Source: Heterodontus francisci (lineage: Eukaryota). From it: 64,000 bases of DNA. Position numbers and translations under genes: made by a program. The stretch covers positions 72,157,757-72,221,756 of the forward strand of contig NC_090380.1 of NCBI RefSeq assembly GCF_036365525.1, written 5' to 3'. The notes beneath the pieces are model-generated. The model did no database searches and had not been told where the DNA came from. It worked only from the letters and a program-made list of their open reading frames with translations. Each line of letters opens with the position of its first letter. Position 1 is the first letter of the stretch. Positions 12,904-24,081 of this stretch are shown here, one piece after another.

Positions 12904-15244
12904 TTGTGTCTGATTCAGTTAACATTACACTTCAGTGTAGCAGATGTAAGTTCTTGTTACTTAAAGTCTTCCAAGGAGGTATAATTAAGCTGATAGCTAT
13001 GATAACTGTATGTCATTACAGTTGTTTAATAAATCAGTTTATTCCTTGTGCCATGGTCCAGTGGATTGTTCTGCTATATCACAAAATTGAGAAATAGCAC
13101 ATGAGGCACGAGGTAAAACTACTGAACCAAAATATAATATTGAGGATTTTCTGTCCTATCATTGGGTTTATTATAAGATACCTAAATATTGAGTAAGTAA
13201 AGGCACACTTCGAATTATATGGGACAAAGGCTCACTCACAGGAGAAGTCTGAGATGCTGAACCTGAGAAAGTATCTTTATTAAAAACCCAACATAACATC
13301 TGTCACCAGTTAGAATGTCATGAGCAACATACCACACATCTGGAGGCAATGCCTAAAGCAGTTTACGAACTTTAACAAGTCAGCCAAGGTGGGAGAACCC
13401 ACTGCTACCTTCCATTAATTCAGTGTACTAAGCATCCATGACATTTATAATTATATACCCTTCACAGTATTTTAAATACTTTCAGTACTAACTATCAACA
13501 TACAATATACCACAAGGTACACTTAGCAATACCATATCTGGACCTCTCAATTATTTAAAAGAAGGATGCTTTCTTTCTGAGCATTAAGAATTGGTGCATT
13601 TGTTGACAATTATGCTAAACAGTATGCTGCAGATGAAGGCTTGGGTAGAGAAGTCTATCCACCAATGTGAAGCTTTGCATAATGGTTTATAATAACACAG
13701 TCCTTCATGGAGTGTGTGCCATTCCAGAAATGCCTGCCATTGAGCCTTCATAAGGATAGTAGTGCTTCTCCCACAGATGTTCAGACTGCAGTCAGAATAG
13801 CATGGTGTTCCAGGATTGAAGGGATTATCTCATCTAGCCTTGACTGGTATGAGGATCAACTACAGGCAGCCTTAGGGCAGAGCTTTACTGATCTCATTGG
13901 TGCCAGTTGATCTATGCAGAACCTGTGTGACAGTTCTCCACCCAAAATTTCAAACAGTTTTATTCAACAAGTGCCCATTTTTCAGATAAAACCAATTGGT
14001 TACCTGCAATGGCAGCTAGATCATAGAGTTCCTTCTGTCTGGAATATAACACTGAACTAGGTCAAAAAGCTGAACACATTTGGATTCTGCAGTTCATTTG
14101 AACCAAGTCCCATTGTAGCCTTTGATTGTTCAAGTGCAGCAAAAAATGGCCACAAGTAAGGATTTACATGTGCGCAGTTATATTGTATGATCTTGTGGGG
14201 ACAAATTGCAGCAGCATAAACAGTTATTTTGAAGCCCCCCCCCCCCTTATCTGTGCCTTTGACATATATATATGTTTAAATGTAATCTAAACTTTCCTAT
14301 TCTTCCCTGCTCTCAGCTGAACTGCTCCTTTGGAAGACAAGCATTGAATGGTTTGCTGGGACTCTGACTATTAGTGGTAGTGACAGGAGATCATCAGAGA
14401 CAATAATGTACTAGACAGGTTAATTACAGCGAAAACAGTCTCAGATGTATAAACTGAAGCTCTTTTGTTGAAGTTTGAATCACTGAGCTTTTGATGAATA
14501 TCAGTATTATGTTAATGCATGGAGTGAATCACGGTTCTTAACCTTCAGCAGACTTGAGTTGCTGATGTGATCAGTTTCAGCTTCAATGGCACTCTCCAGT
14601 TTACATCAGAGAGTGTGTTACAATGTAAAAACAGCCTTTATGGCATAGGCTACATCATTAAAAGCAAGTGAACTGAGTGCGCTTATTGACTCGCTTTGGA
14701 TAACTGCCAATACTGAGCTGGTGACAGTTTCTGAATTTTGATATGGAGACATTATAGAAATGTTTTAATTTTTTTCCATCCCATTGCTTCTAATTTGCTT
14801 CCATCCCATTTCAATCCCTTAATCTCCCTCCATGTTACATTCCCCCTCCCCAACCATAAGATCATGCTGTTCTGTGCCCTAGGGATCTCTAATCAAATAG
14901 GAATGATCATTTGGATTCATTTATATTTAGTAGTAGACTGAAACTGTGTGAAATTTAACCAATCTTGTTTTAAAAGCAAAGCAAGTGAGTATGTTTGGAA
15001 CACCTTACACATACTAGAAATTGTCTCCGGCATTCTCTCCACTAGAGCAGATTGAGTGCAGATTCAGCAGCCATATTTACATCTAGTTTGCACGTGACCC
15101 TGTTTTCTCTACACTACATCAAAGCCACCATTGAAATGGTGGGCTTCCACCAGGTTAAAATTTTGGCAATTTGGTCACTTTATTTTTGGCTTAATCCAAT
15201 ACACTGACTGGCACTGTAATGATATTCATTTTATTTCACTGCAG

Positions 15245-15625
15245 GTAATCAGTTTCTTGCTCTGATTAAAGCCACTGCAATCGATATTACCGTAGGAGGT
15301 TCACTGGAAATAATCTGCACGGTGGAAGCTCAGAATTTCCCAGAACGATTCTTCTCTGTTGCCTGGTTCTTAAACAATAATGAGATAATCCGTATTGGAC
15401 CAAACGCAGTGCCATCCTTTCATGATGAATATGAAATAAAAGAGAAGCTGGGAAAGGTGATGGTCAGTAAGAAAAATGACAGGGACTACGTTCTGAAAAT
15501 TTATCAGATTCAAGTGGAGGATGGCGGTACATATCACTGTCAGGTGGAGGAGAGTGAGAAAATTTCATCTGGAGCATTCTCTACCAACAAATCCAAGGAG
15601 CTTGCAATCACTGTTCAACGGCCAC
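15245..15625 (+). CDS. CD101: CD101-like Ig V domain 3
   Basis: LEIICTVEAQNFPERFFSVAW..GPNAVP..EDGGTYHC; ctgcag| and C|gtaaga; 381 nt. Confidence 0.9.
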
Positions 15626-15819
15626 GTAAGAAACATTCAAATTAATTTTATTCTTTTTTTGATAGTGATTAAGATATTCGGAGCAGTATTGTATTGATCC
15701 TGACAAAATACCTGGTCAACCCTGGATAAATTGTAGAAATGTCAGACACAATGGGGTCAGCACTAATCTTTGGCAAAGGACCAAAACGGGCAATAACAAA
15801 TTGGTGACGAGGTTTACAC

Positions 15820-16050
15820 TCTGCCTTGGCCCTAAGCTCTGGAACTCCCTCCTTAAACCTCTCCACCTCTCTACACCTCTGTCTTCTTTTAAGGTGCTTC
15901 TTAAAATCTACGTCTTCGATCAAACTTTTGGGTCATCGTTCCCATTTTCTCCTTATGTGGCTCAGTGTCAAAAATATCAAAGGCTCTTCTTAAGCAACTT
16001 GGAATGTTTTACTATGTTAAATGTGCTATATAAATGTAAGTTGTTATTGT
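15820..16050 (+). mobile_element. L2-type LINE 3' end
   Basis: LGPKLWNSL..SSFKVLLKIYVF and GCTATATAAATGTAAGTTGTT tail. Confidence 0.65.
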
Positions 16051-16189
16051 TCTGCTGTGTTCACAAACCTCTTGGTCTTCATTATGTTATCTAGCATGTT
16101 TGATTAAACCGGGAGCTTATATTTCTCTACCAAACATTCAGTGCCTCAATGTATTTCTCACATTAACACTAGTTTTTGTCATTTCACAG

Positions 16190-16594
16190 AAGCCAACCTT
16201 AACGTGGTAATCCACAGTAATACTACTGAGGTTCTTGAAGGTGATTTTCTTCAGTTTGTCTGTGTTATTCATTCAGTAACTGCAGGCTATGGCCAGCTTT
16301 CTATTACCTGGCAGTTCATAAACAAACAGAACCAAAAAAGTGATATCATTGGAATGAACCAAGATGGTGTTCAGGTTACTTATGAGCCCTACCATGAGCG
16401 TGCCATTAACAGCGAAGTCAGAATGGCAAGAGTGAAATCAGATTCCTTCACGTTGGGTATTTATAATGTGCTGACTTCAGATCAAGGACAGTATGTTTGC
16501 AATGTGATGGAATGGGCAGCAGAGTCTAACGGAAACTGGCAGCTTATTGGAGAGTATGTCAGCAACAATAAGCCAGTGACTATCAAATCCCTTG
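16190..16594 (+). CDS. CD101: CD101-like Ig V domain 4
   Basis: SNTTEVLEGDFLQFVC..ITWQ..DQGQYVCNVMEW; tcacag| and G|gtaagc; 405 nt. Confidence 0.9.
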
Positions 16595-16719
16595 GTAAGC
16601 AATTCAGTATTGAATATCTATGATACTTTACTTCAATTTAAACAATTGCAGAGTTCTCAATTGCACATAGATCGAGTTTTTAACAGGATGGTCCTTATTC
16701 TGTTATATAACCAAAAAAA

Positions 16720-19700
16720 AAAGGACTCGGTGGGGTGTTTATAAGGTAAGGCTTTTTCGATTTCTCTGGTTTTATTGTGATTGGTAAAAACTTTTCGTTC
16801 CTTTTTCATTTAACTAAGTTAAGCTTAAGATTAAAAATGGCAGGAGATCTCAGACCCGTGTCATGCTCCTCTTGCTCAATGTGGGAGCTCAGGGACATGG
16901 CTGATGTCCCTGACTCCTTCACGTGCAGGAAGTGTGTCCAACTGCAGCTCTTGTTAGACCGCATGACGGCTCTCGAGCTGCGGATGGACTCACTTTGGAG
17001 CATGCGCGATGCTGAGGAGGTCGTGGATAGCACGTTTAGTGAATTGGTCACACCGCAGATTAGGATTGCTGAGGGAGAAAGGGAATGGGTGACCAAAAGG
17101 CAGAGAAAGAGCAGGAAGGCAGCGCAGGAGTCCCCTGCGGTCATCTCCCTCCAAAACAAGTATACCGTTTTGGATACTGTTGAGGGAGATGGCTCACCAG
17201 GGGAAGGCAGCAGTAGCCAGGTCCATGGCACCGTGGCTGGCTCTGCTGTTCAGAAGGGCGGGAAAAAGAGTGGAAGGGCTATAGTCGTAGGGGATTCGAT
17301 TGTAAGGGGAGTAGATAGGCGGTTCTGTGGTCGAAAACGAGGCTCCCGAATGGTATGTTGCCTCCCAGGTGCACGGGTCAGGGATGTCTCAGATCGGCTG
17401 CAGAACATTCTAAAGGGGGAGGGTGAACAGCCAGTTGTCATTGTGCACATAGGCACTAATGATATAGGTAAAAAACGGGATGAGGTCCTACAAGCAGAGT
17501 TTAGGGAGTTAGGAGCCAAGTTAAAAAGTAGGACCTCAGAGGTAGTAATCTCAGGATTACTACCAGTGCCACGTGATAGTCAGAGTAAAAATGAAAGAAT
17601 AGTCAGGATGAATGCGTGGCTTGAGAGATGGTGCAGGAAGGAGGGGTTCAGATTTTTGGGACATTGGGACCGGTTCTGGGGGAGGTGGGACTATTACAAA
17701 TTGGACGGTCTACACCTGGGCCGGACTGGAACCAATGTCCTTGGAGGTGCTTTTGCTAACGCTGTTGGGGAGGGTTTAAACTAATGTGGCAGGGGGATGG
17801 GAACCAATTGAGGTCAGTTGACAGTAAGGAGGTAGTAACAAAAGCCTGTAAGGAACTAGATAATGAAGTCAGTGTGACTAAGGGGAAGAGCAGGCAGGGA
17901 GCAGATGATGAATATAAAGGGACTGGTGGTCTGAGGTGCATTTGTTTTAATGCAAGAAGTGTAGTAGGTAAGGCAGATGAATTTAGGGCTTGGATTAGTA
18001 CCTGGGAGTATGATGTTATTGCTATTACTGAGACTTGGTTGAGGGAAGGGCATGATTGGCAACTAAATATCCCAGGATATCGATGCTTCAGGCGGGATAG
18101 AGAGGGAGGTAAAAGGGGTGGAGGAGTTGCATTACTGGTCAAAGAGGATATCACAGCTGTGCTGAAGGAGGGCACTATGGAGGACTCGAGCAGTGAGGCA
18201 ATATGGACAGAACTCAGAAATAGGAAGGGTGCGGTAACAATGTTGGGGCTGTACTACAGGCCTCCCAACAGCGAGCGTGAGATAGAGGTACAAATATGTA
18301 AACAGATTATGGAAAGATGTAGGAGCAACAGGGTGGTGGTGATAGGAGATTTTAATTTTCCCAACATTGACTGGGATTCGCTTAGTGTTAGAGGTCTAGA
18401 TGGAGCAGAATTTGTAAGGAGCATCCAGGAGGGTTTTCTAGAGCAGTATGTAAATAGTCCAACTCGGGAAGGGGCCATACTGGACCTGGTGTTGGGGAAT
18501 GAGCCCGGCCAGGTTGTTGAAGTTTCAGTAGGGGACAACTTTGGGAATAGTGATCACAATTCCGTAAGCTTTAAAATACTCATGGACAAAGACGAGAGTG
18601 GTCCTAAAGGAAGAGTGCTAAATTGGGGGAAGGCCAACTATACCAAAATTCGGCAGGAGCTGGGAAATGTAGATTGGGAGCAGCTGTTTGAAGGTAAATC
18701 CACATGTGATATGTGGGAGGCTTTTAAAGAGAGGTTGATTAGCGTGCAGGAGAGACATGTTCCTGTGAAAATGAGGGATAGAAATGGCAAGATTAGGGAA
18801 CCATGGATGACAGGTGAAATTGTGAGACTAGCTAAGAGGAAAAAGGAAGCATACATAAGGTCTAGGCGGCTGATGAAAGACGAAGCTTTGAAAGAATATC
18901 AGGAATGTAGGACCAATCTGAAACGAGGAATTAAGAGGGCTAAAAGGGGTCATGAAATATCTTTAGCAAACAGGGTTAAGGAAAATCCCAAAGCCTTTTA
19001 TTCATATATAAGGAGAAAGAGGGTAACTAGAGAAAGGATTGGCCCACTAAAGGACAAAGGAGGAATGTTATGCTTGGACTCAGAGAAAATGGGTGAGATT
19101 CTAAACGAGTACTTTGCATCGGTATTCACCGAGGAGAGGGACATGACGGATGTTGAGGTTAGGAACAGATGTTTGATTACTCTAGGTCAAGTCGGCATAA
19201 GGAGGGAGGAAGTGTTGGGTATTCTAAAGGGCATTAAGGTGGACAAGTCCCCAGGTCCGGATGGGATCTATCCCAGGTTACTGAGGGAAGCGAGAGAGGA
19301 AATAGCTGGGGCCTTAACAGATATCTTTGCAGCATCCTTAAACACGGGTGAGGTCCCGGAGGACTGGAGAATTGCTAATGTTGTCCCCTTGTTTAAGAAG
19401 GGTAGCAGGGATAATCCAGGTAATTATAGACCGGTGAGCCTGACGTCAGTGGTAGGGAAGCTGCTGGAGAAGATACTGAGGGATAGGATCTATTCCCATT
19501 TGGAAGAAAATGGGCTCATCAGTGATAGGCAACATGGTTTTGTGCAGGGAAGGTCATGTCTTACCAACTTAATAGAATTCTTTGAGGAAGTGACAAAGTT
19601 GATTGATGAGGGAAGGGCTGTCGATGTCATATACATGGACTTCAGTAAGGCGTTTGATAAGGTTCCCCATGGCAGGCTGATGGAGAAAGTGAAGGCGCTT

Positions 19701-20171
19701 GGGGTCCAAGGTGTACTAGCTAGATGGATAAAGAACTGGCTGGGCAACAGGAGACAGAGAGTAGCAGTAGAAGGGAGTTTCTCAAAATGGAGACGTGTGA
19801 CCAGTGGTGTTCCACAGGGATCCGTGCTGGGACCACTGTTGTTTGTGATATACATTAATGATTTGGAGGAAAGTATAGGTGGACTGATTAGCAAGTTTGC
19901 AGACGACACGAAGATTGGTGGAGTAGCAGATAGTGAAGGGGACTGTCAGAGAATACAGCAGAATATAGATAGATTGGAGAGTTGGGCAGAGAAATGGCAG
20001 ATGGAGTTCAATCAGGGCAAATGCGAGGTGATGCATTTTGGAAGATCCAATTCAAGAGTGAACTATACAGTAAATGGAAAAGTCCTGGGGAAAATTGATG
20101 TCCAGAGAGATTTGGGTGTTCAGGTTCACTGTTCCCTGAAGGTGGCAACGCAGGTAAATAGAGTGGTCAAG
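16720..20171 (+). mobile_element. CR1 LINE retaining ORF1 and upstream sequence, 3'-truncated, sense orientation in the D4-D5 intron
   Basis: 5'UTR, ORF1 and ORF2 without stops; breaks off at QVNRVVK 33 nt before the D5 exon. Confidence 0.95.
16837..17784 (+). CDS. CR1 ORF1p (zinc finger/leucine zipper + SGNH esterase)
   Basis: CxxC..CxxC, LELRMDSL; VVGDSIVR, PGA, HIGTND, DGLHL blocks; ATG at 16837. Confidence 0.9.
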   Translation: MAGDLRPVSCSSCSMWELRDMADVPDSFTCRKCVQLQLLLDRMTALELRMDSLWSMRDAEEVVDSTFSELVTPQIRIAEGEREWVTKRQRKSRKAAQESPAVISLQNKYTVLDTVEGDGSPGEGSSSQVHGTVAGSAVQKGGKKSGRAIVVGDSIVRGVDRRFCGRKRGSRMVCCLPGARVRDVSDRLQNILKGEGEQPVVIVHIGTNDIGKKRDEVLQAEFRELGAKLKSRTSEVVISGLLPVPRDSQSKNERIVRMNAWLERWCRKEGFRFLGHWDRFWGRWDYYKLDGLHLGRTGTNVLGGAFANAVGEGLN

Positions 20172-20195
20172 ATATCCATTAATTTTTCTTTTTAA
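17784..20195 (+). CDS. CR1 ORF2p (AP endonuclease + reverse transcriptase), C-terminally truncated
   Basis: NARS, ITETW, GGGV, YRPP, GDFN, LDL, SDH; [37 protein letters not shown]. Confidence 0.92.
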   Translation: MWQGDGNQLRSVDSKEVVTKACKELDNEVSVTKGKSRQGADDEYKGTGGLRCICFNARSVVGKADEFRAWISTWEYDVIAITETWLREGHDWQLNIPGYRCFRRDREGGKRGGGVALLVKEDITAVLKEGTMEDSSSEAIWTELRNRKGAVTMLGLYYRPPNSEREIEVQICKQIMERCRSNRVVVIGDFNFPNIDWDSLSVRGLDGAEFVRSIQEGFLEQYVNSPTREGAILDLVLGNEPGQVVEVSVGDNFGNSDHNSVSFKILMDKDESGPKGRVLNWGKANYTKIRQELGNVDWEQLFEGKSTCDMWEAFKERLISVQERHVPVKMRDRNGKIREPWMTGEIVRLAKRKKEAYIRSRRLMKDEALKEYQECRTNLKRGIKRAKRGHEISLANRVKENPKAFYSYIRRKRVTRERIGPLKDKGGMLCLDSEKMGEILNEYFASVFTEERDMTDVEVRNRCLITLGQVGIRREEVLGILKGIKVDKSPGPDGIYPRLLREAREEIAGALTDIFAASLNTGEVPEDWRIANVVPLFKKGSRDNPGNYRPVSLTSVVGKLLEKILRDRIYSHLEENGLISDRQHGFVQGRSCLTNLIEFFEEVTKLIDEGRAVDVIYMDFSKAFDKVPHGRLMEKVKALGVQGVLARWIKNWLGNRRQRVAVEGSFSKWRRVTSGVPQGSVLGPLLFVIYINDLEESIGGLISKFADDTKIGGVADSEGDCQRIQQNIDRLESWAEKWQMEFNQGKCEVMHFGRSNSRVNYTVNGKVLGKIDVQRDLGVQVHCSLKVATQVNRVVKISINFSF

Positions 20196-20204
20196 TGTTT
20201 TCAG

Positions 20205-20606
20205 AAAGCAGCTTTGCAGTTACAGCAATAACCCGGACACCAGCTGTGAGATACTATGGTACATTTGAACTCCAGTGTTTCATTAAGCCTCCATATCTTC
20301 CCTATGTATCACCATCTGTATCCTGGAAATTCCAACCAGCCAATTCTAATGACAGCTACCACCTTGTTACTTTCACCCATGACACCGCGATTAACTGGGG
20401 GGACAAGGTGAAGAATTTCAAAGGGAAAATGATTGTGGTGAAAACTGTGTCAAATACTGTCCGTTTGAGAGTCTCCAGAGCCAGCAAGCTGGAAGCTGGG
20501 AAGTTTCTATGCAGTGCAGAGTTATGGGGAAGACATCATTCAAACAAATGGGTCATGAAAGCCAGTGCAACTTCAAACATCCTAGAAGTGAAGGTTAGAC
20601 CCCCAG
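20205..20606 (+). CDS. CD101: CD101-like Ig V domain 5
   Basis: FAVTAITRTPAV..FELQCFIKP..VSWKFQP..EAGKFLCSAELW..SNILEVKV; tttcag| and G|gtaagg; 402 nt. Confidence 0.9.
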
Positions 20607-20941
20607 GTAAGGTTACAAGAAGAGGTGCTTTTAGTATTTACAGTATTAAACCCAGGCTGTTGTGTGCAATATGAGAGATATTAAACTGCCTTCTAAAAAA
20701 GGAAAAGCAGAAACTGAAATTGAAATAATGGCTGCAGTTGATAAGCGCACTGTGCAGTGTGGAAGTGTTTCCTGATGACTATAAGGTCCACTTCCAGTTC
20801 CAAGAGCGTGCATTCGGAGAGAAGGGTCTCAGTGGTCCGGGATAGGGAAGGGAAAGAAAATTTGGTTGATATCCAGTGATTCCTACTCATTCATGTTATT
20901 AGGAAGGGAGTTCCAGGATTTTGACCCAGCGACAGTGAAGG

Positions 20942-21303
20942 CCAGTGCCTAGGTCGATGCCGGGTGGTCCGTCCTGTTTCATTCCTTTTCCTAGACGTCA
21001 TGGCAGTTTGATACAACTTAGTGGCTTGCTAGGCCATTTATGAGTCAACCGTGTTGCTGTGGGTCTGGAGTCACATTTAGGCAAGACCAGGCCTGGTCCT
21101 TACACCAAGGACAGCAAATTTCCTTCCCTAAAGACCATTGTTTTTACAACAATCGACAATGGTTTCATGGTCACCATGATTGATTAATGGAATTCACACT
21201 TCACCATCTGCTGTGGTGGGATTTCAACCCATATCTCCAGAGCATTAGCATGGTCCTCTGGATTACTATCTAGTGACATTACCACTATGCCACCACCTTC
21301 CCC
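20942..21303 (-). mobile_element. tRNA-derived SINE (second family)
   Basis: Reverse complement matches 52421-52750. Confidence 0.7.
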
Positions 21304-22242
21304 TGCTCTGTCTCAGTGTCCTCAATTGTCAAATAGTCTGCTAACATTCACTGTCTAGGATCACACATGAAGAATGGTGCCTTCAGCACAGTACAGGAAA
21401 GCCTTGAGCGTCTGTTGAGCCATATTCCATCAGGATTCAGCATCTTTTATCAGAAGGAGAGAAAACTGAAGGGGAAGAAAACAAAATATGAATCAGTGGA
21501 AAACAAAATAAATTGGCTATAAGTAATTACACTGAAATAAGAAAGTGGATAATTAATAGATTTCAAAACAAAGACAATAAAAAGATTATTTACATCATTA
21601 GCACTAATTAATGCGTTGCAGTCACAGCACTGAACCTGACATTACAACAAAAAGGAGTTAAAGTTGGCCAGTTCATATTAATTTTGAAAAATCTGCAATT
21701 TGCTTTTTGGAGCTGCTCTATCTTCATCTGTACCATCAGAAAATAAAATTGGCATTAAACACTGCCTCGTTTCCTATATTACTTAAAAAGTACTTCATTG
21801 GCTGTAGAGCGTTTTAAGACGTCCCATGGTCATGAAAAGTGCTAAATAAATGCAAGCCCTCCTTCCTTGCTTTCCCTCCTTTTCCTTCCTCCTTTTCCTT
21901 CCTCCCTACTGAGTAATGAGAGCTAATCAAGAGTAAGGTAATCTGTTCTTTCAGTTTATGGATGTATAGAAGTAAGATGGCTATATGAAAGAATTGAATA
22001 AAAATTAAGATGTAAATTTACAATAAAAGCATCACAAGTGCAAAGGAAACGAGAGTACTCTGCATAATCACTAGTGCTGTGAACTCAATGATACAACGTA
22101 CTCATTAGTTCTGGTAGGTCACTCTCCTAACTAAAATAATATTTAGGTATTGACTGATCTCTGTGATGTTTCACCTTGCACCCAAATGATGCAAAAGAAA
22201 CAAGGAAATTATTTTGACATGCTGTCTTTTCTATTTGTGCAG

Positions 22243-22659
22243 CAAGTCTCTTGATGCTCACTAAGCATATTACAACGTTACAGAAAAGGATCAATGACGT
22301 CACTGAACTTGAATGTAGAATTTCAGCTCGAACTCAAAATGATTCTCAATTTTCAGTCACGTGGCTCTTCAGTAAGACACAGGGACCAAATGTGAAAGGG
22401 GAAAATCTTCTGAACATTGATCGCAATAATATAGTCCAGTATTATGGAGAATTGCTTACCGATGAACTGAAGAAAATGAAATTCCACGATGAGAAGACCT
22501 CTAATGATGTATACAAGCTGATTATACAGAAAACAGATGTGCATGATAGTGGAAGTTACTACTGTCATGTAGTAGAGTGGCTTCTGGATCCCAACAACAT
22601 CTGGTATAAAGTGGGAGAAAACACATCGGCAATAACAATTGTTAGAGTGCACACAGCAG
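22243..22659 (+). CDS. CD101: CD101-like Ig V domain 6
   Basis: ELECRI..SQFSVTW..DSGSYYCHVVEWLLDP; gtgcag| and G|gtaaac; 417 nt. Confidence 0.9.
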
Positions 22660-24081
22660 GTAAACAATTTTCCTAAATATCTCCTAAAAATTGCAGAACT
22701 GGAACAAATAATTTGTTTATTCAATACTATGAGCTGTTTCCTGCAACTAAGAGTGCTGAAGTGAAAATAATGAGTGGAACTATCAGTAGCACAGGCACAA
22801 TCGAGAAAAATATTGGCAGCAATGCTAAAGGAGTATTTTTTCACATTTGTATTCCTGATGTGAGCTGCCAGGCAGTGCCATGCAGTGCATGACTTTTAGA
22901 CCATGAACTTAAATGGTTGGAAGATCGTAAACAGTTCACATTGCAATTTGCAATATGGGCTCCCAGTGGTCAGAAAATTACCCCTTAAGTGTTAGCTAAA
23001 CAGTCTCCAAAATGGATGAGCCAAGAAAATAAAATAGAGTTAAGATATGAAACCAATGGGAAAAGTGAGGGAAGAACATTTGAATAAATATAGGAAAATG
23101 TTAGAAATGAGTTATAAATGGTTTCATGAGTTCAAAAGGGCATTAGAATGGAATTAAGTGGAGCAGAACTTATTCATTATCACAATAGCAAAAGAGTGGC
23201 TAAGGAGGAAGTAATGGGCTGGATTTTCCTTTCTATACTGTCCAAAATTGGGCTATGTAGTGATGGAGAATAAAGATAAATCAGATGAGGTGGCCTACTG
23301 TCACATCCTTGACTCACAAGGAAGTATGTTGTCTGATCCCAGATTTGCTCAGCATACATAAATGATGGTGGCAAATCAGGGCCTGGGTACTCAACTAATT
23401 TCATTCTCTTGCAGCACTGCTCCTGCTGACCTCAGGCACCTCTAGGCATAGGATGGTTGTATATTATGGATCATGGTGCAGAGCCTGCTGAGGCCTCTCC
23501 AGAATGAAAGGGCCCATAATGAGCACATATGCCTCTCTCTTAGGCTCCAACCACTCACCAGATGAAGGTCTCAGATCAGTTAGAGGCTTAGATGAAAAAT
23601 TGTAACTTTATCTTTGAGACTCTTATGTCTCAAATTCAGACTTCCATACTGCTGAAATTACCACACTGACAGTGGCAAACTCTCTCCTACTGGCATGGCT
23701 CCTGTGAGTCTGATATAAATAATGACCTCTGAGTCAAGAAAGTGGATCAGAGTCATTATGAATTTGGGGTGGCAGGCAGCAGTCTCACCCTGACTACCCT
23801 ATGGTCCTTTCCTTTAATCCCAGCCTAGATCCTTAAAAGATTAAAGTGGTGGAAAAATTGAAGGTTAAAGCAAAGTAGCTTAATTACTTAATTGTTATTT
23901 CTAAAAGTGTTCACCAGCAAGAAAATACTGTTTGCTGTTCAATAACCGTAGTTCAACCAATATTACAGAATATATTGAAATGAGTGAAGACAAGGTATAT
24001 GATGTGTAGTATAGGGTCTGAAAGGGTTAACGTGGAGAGAGTGTAAAGAATAACTCCTACCATGATGATGTAAGAGATTAC

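Noticed and set aside
13600-14150. Possible decayed coding sequence in the D2-D3 intron
   Set aside because: No motif recognised on either strand; cannot be supported without a translated database search
16806-20036. Antisense ORFs over CR1 and RTE coding regions, and other short ORFs in the track
   Set aside because: Shadow frames of retroelement ORFs or chance ORFs with no recognisable motifs
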